Below are positions 8,491 to 17,623 of a DNA stretch of 64,000 bases, piece after piece (position 1 is the stretch's first letter; every line of letters starts with the position of its first letter). The stretch lies in sequence record OR677401; one strand, written 5' to 3'. The notes under the pieces are model-generated. The model searched no databases. It worked only from the letters and a program-made list of their open reading frames with translations, and was not told the origin of the DNA. The translations under genes and the position numbers were made by a program. Source of the DNA: Escherichia phage LQ5.

Positions 8491-8674
8491 CCCTAAAAAT
8501 AAAGCGGAAATTATTCGACACTGGACTGAAACACGAGTAACTAAATGCCCTATAAAAAGTCAACACAACACCGATAAATGGTATATTGGTGAATATGTTG
8601 AGTATACTTTTATAGATAAAAATAAACGTAAACAGCATGTAGAAGAATATTGCTTAAAGGTGCAATGGTTATGA
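8462..8674 (+). CDS. hypothetical protein
   Basis: ORF 70 aa overlapping macro gene end. Confidence 0.45.
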   Translation: MKAHYPHPFDPKNKAEIIRHWTETRVTKCPIKSQHNTDKWYIGEYVEYTFIDKNKRKQHVEEYCLKVQWL

Positions 8675-8844
8675 GTCTGAGTAAAGAACAGAAAGATAAA
8701 TTGTTTGAGCTTATCCATGAGCTTATGGAACTCAACATAGAATGTGAATTTGATAACTCTCTGGATTGGGATTGGAGAGGTGGTGAAGAGGATGAGTTTT
8801 CTAAAAAGGAAAATGAATTAATTGCTTATGTAAATAGTCTTTAA
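8671..8844 (+). CDS. hypothetical acidic protein
   Basis: ATGA overlap; 57 aa. Confidence 0.5.
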   Translation: MSLSKEQKDKLFELIHELMELNIECEFDNSLDWDWRGGEEDEFSKKENELIAYVNSL

Positions 8845-8853
8845 GAAGGTAAT

Positions 8854-9426
8854 ATGGCTCAACTTTATTTTCATTATGCGGCGATGAATTCCGGGAAAAC
8901 CGCTTCATTGCTAACGGCAGCTCATAACTACAAAGAACGTGGTATGGGCGTACTCCTTTTAAAGCCTGCGATAGACAATAGAGAATCAAGCCATAGCATT
9001 TCGTCTCGTATAGGGATTAGTCAAGAGGCTAATGCCGTGACTCCGGATATGGACCTATACGAGTTCTATCGTTGGGCTGAATCTCAAAAAGATATCCACT
9101 GCGTATTTGTGGATGAAGCACAGTTCTTAGAACCTGCACAGATAAAACAACTGGCAAAGATAGTAGACAATTATAATGTTCCGGTTATGTGCTATGGGCT
9201 AAGAACTGATTTTCAGGGTAAACTGTTTCCTGGCTCTGCTGAATTACTCGCTACGGCAGATAAACTCGTTGAGTACAAAGGTGTGTGCCATTGTGGCCGT
9301 AAAGCTACTATGACTGCTAGGGTCCAGGATGGTATCGCAATTAAGGACGGCGCCCAAGTTTCTATAGGTGGCAACGATTCTTACGTGTCATTGTGCAGGA
9401 AGCACTGGATAGAAATAACGAGTTGA
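8854..9426 (+). CDS. tk: thymidine kinase
   Basis: AAMNSGKTASLL P-loop and CHCGRKA zinc motif; collinear with T4 Tk. Confidence 0.95.
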   Translation: MAQLYFHYAAMNSGKTASLLTAAHNYKERGMGVLLLKPAIDNRESSHSISSRIGISQEANAVTPDMDLYEFYRWAESQKDIHCVFVDEAQFLEPAQIKQLAKIVDNYNVPVMCYGLRTDFQGKLFPGSAELLATADKLVEYKGVCHCGRKATMTARVQDGIAIKDGAQVSIGGNDSYVSLCRKHWIEITS

Positions 9427-9433
9427 GGGTATT

Positions 9434-9712
9434 ATGGACCTAAATTCAAAGATTTTAATTCTAGCGTTCGCTGTGGCTATTTCTTATATTGTTCTTTCGC
9501 CTATCATGGATGATGTGGCTTACAAAAGAGAGATAGAGGTTGTAGCAGCGACGTATAATGCTAATAATAAAGAATGTCCTAATAAAAATGGGATGGATTT
9601 AATTAAAGCGCATTATATGCTTTCCATTACCTCGCCTATACAGAGGAATTGGGTTGAATATAATTTTAACGACGTGTTCTATTCTTATTGTCGTAAGCTT
9701 AAAAAGCTATAA
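9434..9712 (+). CDS. hypothetical membrane protein
   Basis: N-terminal hydrophobic helix ILILAFAVAISYIVLSPI. Confidence 0.6.
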   Translation: MDLNSKILILAFAVAISYIVLSPIMDDVAYKREIEVVAATYNANNKECPNKNGMDLIKAHYMLSITSPIQRNWVEYNFNDVFYSYCRKLKKL

Positions 9713-9715
9713 ATA
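9708..9715 (+). promoter_or_regulatory. possible late promoter TATAAATA
   Basis: exact TATAAATA about 90 nt upstream of the rI-like gene. Confidence 0.35.
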
Positions 9716-9804
9716 ATAATACTAACCGTAGAGCTTTAGCTTTTGGTAATCGCTATCGGTTAAGGCCGAAAGGCAAATAGTATAAAACAACAAAGGACTT
9801 TTGT

Positions 9805-10098
9805 ATGGGTATTTTCCGTACAGCGGCTTGTATCCTTATGGCGGGATGTTTAAGCCCTACAGTTTCACTAGCAAATGGTGCCAATGATAAATTGATGGAT
9901 GCATTTGCTAGTAGTGCGATGCCTGTTTATGCGCAAATGAGTAGACCCAGCGTAAAGGCCTCCGAAGACTATTGGGCCTATGTTACGGCTTCCTGGAAGA
10001 TTTCAAGTTGTCGGACTATAGAAGCGTGTTCAATTGAAGGTCGGGCCATCGGAGAGCGTTATGTAAAACTAATGAAGGTGGAAGATGAAGTTCAATGA
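9805..10098 (+). CDS. rI: lysis-inhibition regulator RI-like (signal-anchored periplasmic protein)
   Basis: 97 aa, N-terminal signal; C-terminal CSIEGRAIGERYVKLMKVE resembles T4 RI as recalled; position next to tk. Confidence 0.5.
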   Translation: MGIFRTAACILMAGCLSPTVSLANGANDKLMDAFASSAMPVYAQMSRPSVKASEDYWAYVTASWKISSCRTIEACSIEGRAIGERYVKLMKVEDEVQ

Positions 10099-10468
10099 TT
10101 TCGTACCCAGTCGAGGGTCTGAAGTGGATTCTTATATTGGTTGGCTACTGGTTTCTTTAGCCTATTTTAAGTCAGCCCATTTAGAAACCAAAAGCTATGC
10201 AAGACACAAAGCGTATGACTTCTATTATGTAGAAGTTCAAGGACCGCTGGACCAATTTAGTGAGCAATATCTTGGATTCAGTGGCAAAGAATATAAAGCA
10301 TCATTACCGTCTGCTTCAGACTTGCCTAAGGACCCGGTAGATTTTCTTGACGAGCTTCTTAAAGCATCTGATAAAATCTATGATACCCTTCCTAAGGCCA
10401 TCCAGTCGACTTTGGACGATATCACTGGCGTCTTTTACCAGACTAAGTATTTGCTGACGTTAGAATAA
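10085..10468 (+). CDS. hypothetical protein
   Basis: ORF 127 aa followed by terminator. Confidence 0.6.
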   Translation: MKFNDFVPSRGSEVDSYIGWLLVSLAYFKSAHLETKSYARHKAYDFYYVEVQGPLDQFSEQYLGFSGKEYKASLPSASDLPKDPVDFLDELLKASDKIYDTLPKAIQSTLDDITGVFYQTKYLLTLE

Positions 10469-10472
10469 TCAA

Positions 10473-10500
10473 AGGTCTCACTTCGGTGGGACCTTTTTTC
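10473..10500 (+). terminator. rho-independent terminator
   Basis: stem ggtctcac/gtgggacc (one G-U), loop ttcg, T-tract. Confidence 0.75.
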
Positions 10501-10508
10501 GTTTAGGT

Positions 10509-10537
10509 GTTTACATCCTCTAGGAACATGATACTAT
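10509..10537 (+). promoter_or_regulatory. T4-type early promoter
   Basis: GTTTAC ... GATACTATA GACCTATCAA. Confidence 0.65.
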
Positions 10538-10565
10538 AGACCTATCAACTAATGAGGAGAACAGT

Positions 10566-10802
10566 ATGAAACTTACAAGTACTACGGTTTCATTAGAATA
10601 TGAAATCAACGGTCGTATCCTTGAGATTAAGATATTCGACGACCGAAGTATCTTCGCTGATTATCGAGGATACAGAATTCGTCTAGAAAAGGACGAGCTC
10701 AAGGAACCGTGGCTCCTTAAAGACACATTAAAGGGTTGTGGATGTAAACTGAAGACTACCCAAGCCCAAGAATTAATTTCTACTATCAACAAATACTGGT
10801 GA
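10566..10802 (+). CDS. hypothetical protein
   Basis: GAGGAGAA before ATG. Confidence 0.6.
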   Translation: MKLTSTTVSLEYEINGRILEIKIFDDRSIFADYRGYRIRLEKDELKEPWLLKDTLKGCGCKLKTTQAQELISTINKYW

Positions 10803-10806
10803 TATT

Positions 10807-10989
10807 ATGTTAACTACTGAACAGATTGAACAAATCCTTAAACTGGCTACTGCTATTGAACGTGATTCTTATGATAGTGCAGTAGAACATTGCGAAGGCT
10901 ATTCATATTCCGCAATAGAGCAGTGTAAACGAGATTTGGATAACTCTAAAGCGGCATTGGTTGAGTATCTTAATGAGTTGAAAGCGTAA
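10807..10989 (+). CDS. hypothetical protein
   Basis: ORF 60 aa. Confidence 0.5.
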   Translation: MLTTEQIEQILKLATAIERDSYDSAVEHCEGYSYSAIEQCKRDLDNSKAALVEYLNELKA

Positions 10990-11110
10990 TGGCTGATGGC
11001 ACAGGAGCCTGAAGATGATTTACTATCTTGAACCTTGGGCTTGGTCAACAATGATTATAGGCCCTATTTTAATCGGTTTATTCTTTTCATGGTTAGTGAG
11101 GAAATTGTAA

Positions 11111-11308
11111 ATGTTATACGATCCAAATGGTTGTTCTGAAGATGGTGTGATTGCCCTTTTAGCAGATGTTGAAGAATCTGACGATGACGTCTTTGTTAAA
11201 GATTGGGAAGAAAAAGGTGGAATTACGCTCCAACAAGAAAATGATATGATTTGTCTGAATGCAGACCAAGTCGAAGAGCTTTATAGTATTTTAAAACATA
11301 ACCGTTGA
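11111..11308 (+). CDS. hypothetical acidic protein
   Basis: GAGG before ATG. Confidence 0.5.
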   Translation: MLYDPNGCSEDGVIALLADVEESDDDVFVKDWEEKGGITLQQENDMICLNADQVEELYSILKHNR

Positions 11309-11318
11309 GGAATAGAAA

Positions 11319-11879
11319 ATGATTATTGAAACAACTGAATTGTTTGGCGAACTGTCCGCTGAAGTAGTTAATAACGCAATTGAGCTTTCACAAGAAGACG
11401 ATAAAATCGTACTGACTATCGCTGATATTAAACCGCTTTATGATTTAATGGTTTTAGATAGACACGATTATCTTAACGGTCGGGCTAGTGCTCCTATCGA
11501 TATCAATGATGATATGTTTGCCTATATCTATAAAAATGAAACCGGGTTTAATCTGGAAAATGGTATTGAATGTCTGAGCATCAGCGATTCTGATAAATTC
11601 TTTGATTGTATTTTCAAACTGTTCCAGGAAGAATGCAAGCCGGAAGTTGAATGGAAAGTCCCTGGCCAAGATGCCGTGATTCGTTCTAGTGAAACCTTTG
11701 AAGGTGATGAAGAAGAACTGAATTATGATACTGAATTAACCGTGTATCAACATCAGGGCCGTGATTTGTTATCCTTGACCCAAAGACACGATGGTGAAAG
11801 TGAAGTGGTATTTACTAAAGACGAACTAAAAGTTTTAGTCTCTTATCTGAACTCTGTTATCCCAACTATGAACTCTTAA
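11319..11879 (+). CDS. hypothetical acidic protein
   Basis: ORF 186 aa. Confidence 0.65.
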   Translation: MIIETTELFGELSAEVVNNAIELSQEDDKIVLTIADIKPLYDLMVLDRHDYLNGRASAPIDINDDMFAYIYKNETGFNLENGIECLSISDSDKFFDCIFKLFQEECKPEVEWKVPGQDAVIRSSETFEGDEEELNYDTELTVYQHQGRDLLSLTQRHDGESEVVFTKDELKVLVSYLNSVIPTMNS

Positions 11880-11889
11880 GGAAAATATT

Positions 11890-12348
11890 ATGATTATGAT
11901 TATCAATGCAAACTCTTGGCACGCTAAACTTCATGACCGTTTTTATGACAGTCATTCTCGACCGCACTCTTTATGTGCTTACTTCTGGAAAATGGTTTGG
12001 GCTTGTTTTGCTTGTGCTGTTGTTGCAGGTAGTACGCTTTTTGGATTAACTGTTGCAGGTGTTGGTGTATTAGAGCATTTCTTTGTATTAAGTACCCCTG
12101 TTCTGTTGAGTCTAGGGTTTGTTTTAGGATTGGTTGCAATAGCTCTTATTATTGCGCTATCCATTGGTTTGGCATTCGGTGTGATGAATTTACACGCATG
12201 GTATGATGCCCGTAGAGAAGAAAAGGAATGGCAACGTATTCAAGCTGAGCGTGAAGGCCGAGAAACTAAAGAAAATATCGTTATTCAATACATTAAAGCT
12301 CGTAAATCTAAGGTCTGTCCGGTAATCCACTTCGAGGACAAAGAATGA
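11890..12348 (+). CDS. hypothetical membrane protein
   Basis: three to four hydrophobic helices. Confidence 0.6.
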   Translation: MIMIINANSWHAKLHDRFYDSHSRPHSLCAYFWKMVWACFACAVVAGSTLFGLTVAGVGVLEHFFVLSTPVLLSLGFVLGLVAIALIIALSIGLAFGVMNLHAWYDARREEKEWQRIQAEREGRETKENIVIQYIKARKSKVCPVIHFEDKE

Positions 12349-13355
12349 GAACAGTTATGAAAGGCTACTTCGGTAGCCACCTTTATGGAACAAGTACTCC
12401 AGAATCTGATGTTGATTTTAAAGAAATCTTTGTTCCACATCCGCGTGATATTCTGTTAGGTACGGCTATGAACCATACCAACCTGAATACGAATAACACT
12501 GCTTCCAAAAACACTAAAGATGATGTTGACCACGAGCTTTACAGTCTGAAATATTTCTTTAAACTGGCTGCTGAAGGCGAAACCGTTGCTCTGGATATGC
12601 TCCACACTCCACCTGAAATGGTGGTTAAATCTGATTTACCTGATGTATGGAAATTTATCCAAGACAATCGTTCACGGTTCTATACAACCAACATGAAAGC
12701 CTATTTAGGGTACGTCCGTAAGCAAGCTTCTAAATATGGTGTTAAAGGTTCTCGTCTGGCTGCTCTGCGTGGTGTACTGGCAATCGTTAACCAGATTCCT
12801 GAACAGTGGGTTGACTATCAAGAAGGAATCCCTGATAGACTTCGTCGTACTAAGGTAGAAGATATCAAACACAGACTCCCTGAAAATGAGTTCTGTGAAT
12901 GGGTATTCCATAACCATGAGAAAACAGGCCCTCAAACGTTCTATACTGTTCTAGGACGTAAGTACCAAACTACTTTGTCTTTAATCGAGCTCAAGCAATC
13001 TCTGAATAAGCTTGATGCTGAATATGGCGAACGTGCTCGTAAGGCTGAAGCTAATGAAGGTATCGATTGGAAAGCTCTGAGCCATGCTTATCGGGCTGGA
13101 TATCAATTGTTGGAAATCTACCAAACAGGCGACCTGGTATTCCCATTGCGCGAAGCCTCTATCATTAAGCTGATTAAGGCCGGTGAACTTCCATTTAAAG
13201 AGGTCCAAGAACTTCTTGAAGACACTGTTGACCTGGTTGAAGTCCTGGCCCTGCAAGCCGCTAAGAACGGTATGCCTGCTAAGGTAGATATGAAGTTCTG
13301 GGACAAGTTTGTTGAAGAGGTATACCTTGACAACCACAACTCTTATTATCGATAA
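12345..13355 (+). CDS. predicted nucleotidyltransferase-fold protein
   Basis: N-terminal GSHLYGTSTPESDVDFKEIF resembles the G-S...D.D nucleotidyltransferase signature. Confidence 0.5.
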   Translation: MRTVMKGYFGSHLYGTSTPESDVDFKEIFVPHPRDILLGTAMNHTNLNTNNTASKNTKDDVDHELYSLKYFFKLAAEGETVALDMLHTPPEMVVKSDLPDVWKFIQDNRSRFYTTNMKAYLGYVRKQASKYGVKGSRLAALRGVLAIVNQIPEQWVDYQEGIPDRLRRTKVEDIKHRLPENEFCEWVFHNHEKTGPQTFYTVLGRKYQTTLSLIELKQSLNKLDAEYGERARKAEANEGIDWKALSHAYRAGYQLLEIYQTGDLVFPLREASIIKLIKAGELPFKEVQELLEDTVDLVEVLALQAAKNGMPAKVDMKFWDKFVEEVYLDNHNSYYR

Positions 13356-13362
13356 CGAAGAA

Positions 13363-13551
13363 ATGAAGGTCTTTTTATCATATGGAAGACCCCATAAAAC
13401 CCGACGTTGGTATCTTGAAGCTGTCTGTAAAGAAACCGGACGTCGAGTCAATATCAAGTACGTGTGCAAACCTACGCCTAAACAGACAAGACAATTTGTT
13501 AACTGGGCTATAAATGATATACGCTTCCATAATTTTTGGAGCGCAATTTAG
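13363..13551 (+). CDS. hypothetical basic protein
   Basis: ORF ending inside terminator stem. Confidence 0.45.
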   Translation: MKVFLSYGRPHKTRRWYLEAVCKETGRRVNIKYVCKPTPKQTRQFVNWAINDIRFHNFWSAI

Positions 13552-13573
13552 GAACCTTCGGGTTCCTTTTTTG
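13551..13573 (+). terminator. rho-independent terminator
   Basis: ggaacc-ttcg-ggttcc then T6. Confidence 0.85.
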
Positions 13574-13591
13574 GGTTTAGTGCAAAAAAGA

Positions 13592-13620
13592 GTTTACACC
13601 TTCGTAGAGCATGTTATTAT
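13592..13620 (+). promoter_or_regulatory. T4-type early promoter
   Basis: GTTTAC ... GTTATTATGGACCTATCAA; leader gagtgaaatggagaatataatg duplicated at 361-384. Confidence 0.6.
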
Positions 13621-13657
13621 GGACCTATCAAATCTACTGAGTGAAATGGAGAATATA

Positions 13658-14638
13658 ATGTTAACTATCAAAATCAACAAAGGTATCTATCGCGGTAATG
13701 TAATCTCTGGTACGTTCATGAGTTCAGGTAAAACCTGGTTCCCTAATAAAATTCATGAATCCGAAGCTCACCTCGGTGATGGCAAGGTATTCGTACAGAT
13801 TGATGGTGTTGAACGTGGTGTATGGGTATTCAAATGTGATATCGAAACCGAAGGCGCACCAGCTCCTGCAATGGTTACTGAATCCGCTGAAGAAATGAAA
13901 CACCGTATCAACAAACGTTTTAAAGTAATGAACATGATGACTAACGGAATCATCGATGGTAAAATTCGTTCCCTTATAATCTCTGGTGCCGCAGGTATTG
14001 GTAAAACATATTCTTTGGATAAAGCATTACAGAATGCCCACGAAAATGAAACTATCGAATATAAATCAATCAACGGAAAGATTAGTGGAATCGGTCTTTA
14101 CGAGCAGCTTTGGAATAACCGCGGCCCTAATAGTGTTCTTCTTATTGATGATGTTGATGTATTCTCTGATATGGATATCCTGAACCTGTTAAAAGCAGCA
14201 TTGGATACTGGTGAAAAACGTAAGGTGTGCTGGAGCACTTCAAGTTCTTATCTTGATGATAAAAATATCGATAAAGAATTTGAGTATGAAGGCACCATCG
14301 TGTTCATCACCAACGTTGATATTGACCGTGAATTAGAGCGTGGAACTAAACTTGCTCCACACCTCCAGGCTTTAGTATCGCGTTCAGTTTACTTAGACCT
14401 CGGAGTTCACTCGAACGAAGAGATTATGGTTCGTGTTGAAGACGTTATCCTGTCCACTGATATGATGCAAAACCGTGGTCTGACTGATGCCGAGACTTAC
14501 CAAGCTTTAGCATGGATGAAGGCTAATGTATCTCGTCTTCGTAACGTATCATTACGTACAGCTCTTTATCTGGCGGACTTCATTGCCACCGATAAAAATG
14601 ACTGGAGCGAAATCGCTGAAGTTACACTTCTGAAATAA
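13658..14638 (+). CDS. AAA-type ATPase
   Basis: Walker A GAAGIGKTYSL, Walker B-like VLLIDDVD. Confidence 0.7.
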   Translation: MLTIKINKGIYRGNVISGTFMSSGKTWFPNKIHESEAHLGDGKVFVQIDGVERGVWVFKCDIETEGAPAPAMVTESAEEMKHRINKRFKVMNMMTNGIIDGKIRSLIISGAAGIGKTYSLDKALQNAHENETIEYKSINGKISGIGLYEQLWNNRGPNSVLLIDDVDVFSDMDILNLLKAALDTGEKRKVCWSTSSSYLDDKNIDKEFEYEGTIVFITNVDIDRELERGTKLAPHLQALVSRSVYLDLGVHSNEEIMVRVEDVILSTDMMQNRGLTDAETYQALAWMKANVSRLRNVSLRTALYLADFIATDKNDWSEIAEVTLLK

Positions 14639-14647
14639 GGGTGAATT

Positions 14648-14989
14648 ATGTTTGAACAATTTATTTACAATCTTTATAACGCAGGTCAGACTTTTTCCAA
14701 AGCTATGAAACAGTCTGTTGAAGACTATACTAATGAATGTAGTACTAAGTTTTCTGAGAAATTCTATAAAAATCCGTGTAGTGGAGGAGACTTCAGGAGA
14801 CTGCGCTTGGCCGTTAACACCCAGGCCTTAATAAATCTAGACCGCAAGCAGGTAAAGTTGGCAGGCGACTTCCGAGATGAACTCTGCGCCATCAGGAATG
14901 AATATCGCATTCGTATTGAACACCAACGGAAAGAGAACACTCAATCCGCATGGTTTAGTGGTCAAGCCGGTGAAAAAAGTTTCTATTAG
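14648..14989 (+). CDS. hypothetical protein
   Basis: ORF 113 aa. Confidence 0.55.
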   Translation: MFEQFIYNLYNAGQTFSKAMKQSVEDYTNECSTKFSEKFYKNPCSGGDFRRLRLAVNTQALINLDRKQVKLAGDFRDELCAIRNEYRIRIEHQRKENTQSAWFSGQAGEKSFY

Positions 14990-14991
14990 TT

Positions 14992-15020
14992 GTTTACATC
15001 TCCGGTAGAAATGATACTAT
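14992..15020 (+). promoter_or_regulatory. T4-type early promoter with SD-sequestering inverted repeat (covarying arms)
   Basis: arms atctccggtag (14998-15008) and ctactggaggt (15032-15042) pair fully when two G-U wobbles are allowed. Confidence 0.7.
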
Positions 15021-15046
15021 AGACCTATCAACTACTGGAGGTTATC

Positions 15047-15571
15047 ATGAACGCTAAAGATATTTTTTCACTGATTAATTTTAATAATGGTAATTTCAAA
15101 TCTGAAAAACAAAGCAAGTTCTTTAACGACGTTGCTTGCGGTAATGAGATTACCGTATCTGGAGGAGAGATTTACAAAAGCCGTTGGAACTGGATTGCTG
15201 TCATCGATTCAGTCGGTATTGTAGAGCTCTATAAAAACACTAACAAAAAACGTACTCTTCACTGGAGTCGTGAAACCAACCAAGCTTATCAAGCTGAACG
15301 TAACAAACGTTTAATGCCTACCGAATCCGACCTGGCAAACGTTAAATCTGATATCGCTTATTTCGATAATCTGATTGCTGAACAACAAGCTGTTATTGAT
15401 AAGTTTGACGAAATCAAAGCTTGTAAAGAGATTCCTGAATTCATGCGGGAATCAGTAAACGAACAGTACGCCCTCACTTCAGGTCGTATCGAGCAGTACA
15501 AATCACAACGAGCTGAACGCCAAGCTCTGCTTCAGAAATTTGAAGAGCGTTTAAAGACGGTTCTCGCATAA
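15047..15571 (+). CDS. hypothetical protein
   Basis: ORF 174 aa. Confidence 0.65.
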   Translation: MNAKDIFSLINFNNGNFKSEKQSKFFNDVACGNEITVSGGEIYKSRWNWIAVIDSVGIVELYKNTNKKRTLHWSRETNQAYQAERNKRLMPTESDLANVKSDIAYFDNLIAEQQAVIDKFDEIKACKEIPEFMRESVNEQYALTSGRIEQYKSQRAERQALLQKFEERLKTVLA

Positions 15572-15634
15572 ACGCTTTATACCAAGGATGGTATAATGGT
15601 TCTAGGTTCTTAATTACTTACTGAGGAAATTATT

Positions 15635-16477
15635 ATGTCACAGGCAATTAATCAAATTCGTTCTGAAGTTAAAAAAGTTGTTAAATTTGGTCGTATTCCG
15701 AGTTCTAAAGAAGTGGTTGAAAAGGTTCTATATATGATGTGGGACAAGTTCAACGTTTGTACTGTTAAAGATGACTTCACTAAAATCTTTGACAAGACCA
15801 GGTCGTTTACCTTAGAAGACCGGGTCATGAAAACTCTTCGTAAAACAGGTATGTTGTCTCGTGCTAATGCCAAAATTATTCTTAAAAATTATAACAAAGG
15901 CTACGACCTCTATGGTCGTTTAATCCAGGCGATGTCATTTGACGAAGTGGTTCAAGACCTTCATGCCAACCAACGACGTCTACTAGCACTAGGTGCTCGC
16001 CTTGCAAAAGGTCAAGATAAACAAATGACCTTTAAGACCAATGGTTCAGGCGATTGGATTATCTTTAATATTGTTAACCACCCCGGAAATGAAAATGAGT
16101 ATACCATTTCAACTTTTAGTGGTTGTCAATATGACAACTGGAAGTTCCATCTCCGATTAGCCTTGTCCGAATTAGAACAGCACGGTGTTCTTAGTTTTGG
16201 TGATGCCGAAACTGGGGTGGGTCAGCGTATTAAACTTTATAAAATTAAAGACCTGGCTGAAGAGCATTCAGAACAAGCTCCTAAACCGGAACCTGTGCCA
16301 GTGCGCAGCAATGAGAAGCATCAAGCCCAGATTGAGTATTTTAGCAATTTGCTTACTTGCTTGAATGTTACAATTCAACAACAAGATGATGAGATTTTCC
16401 GACTCTCTGGTCTGAATGCCAAAGCCAAGGCTGAACGTCAAAAATATATCGATATCCTAAATCTTCTTAAGGATTAA
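15635..16477 (+). CDS. hypothetical protein
   Basis: ORF 280 aa; leader tgaggaaattattatg. Confidence 0.65.
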   Translation: MSQAINQIRSEVKKVVKFGRIPSSKEVVEKVLYMMWDKFNVCTVKDDFTKIFDKTRSFTLEDRVMKTLRKTGMLSRANAKIILKNYNKGYDLYGRLIQAMSFDEVVQDLHANQRRLLALGARLAKGQDKQMTFKTNGSGDWIIFNIVNHPGNENEYTISTFSGCQYDNWKFHLRLALSELEQHGVLSFGDAETGVGQRIKLYKIKDLAEEHSEQAPKPEPVPVRSNEKHQAQIEYFSNLLTCLNVTIQQQDDEIFRLSGLNAKAKAERQKYIDILNLLKD

Positions 16478-16479
16478 TT

Positions 16480-16695
16480 ATGGAAATTATTGGTTTTATT
16501 CTTGCTTATCTTGTGATAGGATTTATTACTGCTTTGATTGCGCATAAAACAGGCGCGTGGAACCCGGTTAAAATTGAATCAAGCTATGATGCGGTATTCA
16601 TTACATTTGTATGGCCAGTATTTTGCTTTGCCTGGTTATGTATGCTAATTCTGTGGCCTATCGCTAAACTCTATGAAAAATTATTTGGACTCTGA
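16480..16695 (+). CDS. small membrane protein
   Basis: two hydrophobic helices. Confidence 0.55.
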   Translation: MEIIGFILAYLVIGFITALIAHKTGAWNPVKIESSYDAVFITFVWPVFCFAWLCMLILWPIAKLYEKLFGL

Positions 16696-16696
16696 T

Positions 16697-17566
16697 ATGA
16701 ACATTAAAACACGTAAAGAATATTCCATCTATGACCATGACACGACTCGTCGTATCGCTATCGATCGGCTGGCAGACTTTGGCCATATTTGTAATGGTAA
16801 TTATACTTATGGTGTAGGTCGTAAAGGGACTTATATTAGTTCTTTGAACGATTATTGCCGTTGCCCTGCTCATTTATTTGGTGCAACACTGCGAGCTAAT
16901 ATCAAAGACCTCTTGGCTACCGCAGGACGTATTTCTACGGTTCCTGTCAATATCAAGAATATTAATTTTACGGCTCGTAACCTAGTCATTAATATTCTGC
17001 CTGACGGTATTCAAGTTCGTTTCCGTCCTACCTCAAAAGGTAATAAGGCCCTTCGTGAAGCATTCGAAACCTTATTCAGAGAGGCAATGACCCGTATTAA
17101 GGCAGTAGAATCATATAAAGTTACAACCGATGAATATGCTGATTGTTTTGAGCGGGCTGATGCAGTGTATTTTAATGTTAAACTAACTCGTGAATATCTT
17201 TTGTCTTATGCCCCTTATCAATCCCAACAAAAGGACCCACAAATGGAACGTCGTATCTCTGCAGTATCATGTGACAGTGTAGGCCAGTATGCGGCCTATG
17301 ACAAATTCAAAACCACTGCTGTACCAAGCCCATTCAATTCCGAACCGTATCATTGGAAAATTAAACCCGAGAATTCTTTGGTGGTTACTAACCCTACGAT
17401 GAAACCTATCGAGAAGTATCATGAGGACCACCTCCAGGAATCAATCCACCGTTTAAACGGCCAGATCGAAGATGAGAAAAAGAGTATCCAAGACGTATTG
17501 ATTCGCATCAAGAACATGGAACTCCAGCGTGACAAGCTCCGCGCGGCAGTATTAGCTCTAAAATAA
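16697..17566 (+). CDS. hypothetical protein
   Basis: ORF 289 aa from ATG 16697. Confidence 0.65.
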   Translation: MNIKTRKEYSIYDHDTTRRIAIDRLADFGHICNGNYTYGVGRKGTYISSLNDYCRCPAHLFGATLRANIKDLLATAGRISTVPVNIKNINFTARNLVINILPDGIQVRFRPTSKGNKALREAFETLFREAMTRIKAVESYKVTTDEYADCFERADAVYFNVKLTREYLLSYAPYQSQQKDPQMERRISAVSCDSVGQYAAYDKFKTTAVPSPFNSEPYHWKIKPENSLVVTNPTMKPIEKYHEDHLQESIHRLNGQIEDEKKSIQDVLIRIKNMELQRDKLRAAVLALK

Positions 17567-17567
17567 T

Positions 17568-17597
17568 GTTTACATCCAAGGATGGATGGAGTATAAT
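17568..17597 (+). promoter_or_regulatory. sigma70-like early promoter
   Basis: GTTTAC, 18-nt spacer, TATAAT. Confidence 0.55.
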
Positions 17598-17623
17598 CTT
17601 TTAAATCTACTGAGGAGAATATC

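Noticed and set aside
13986-14183. Nested plus-strand ORF inside the AAA ATPase gene
   Set aside because: Alternative frame within a longer, motif-supported CDS; no independent start signals.
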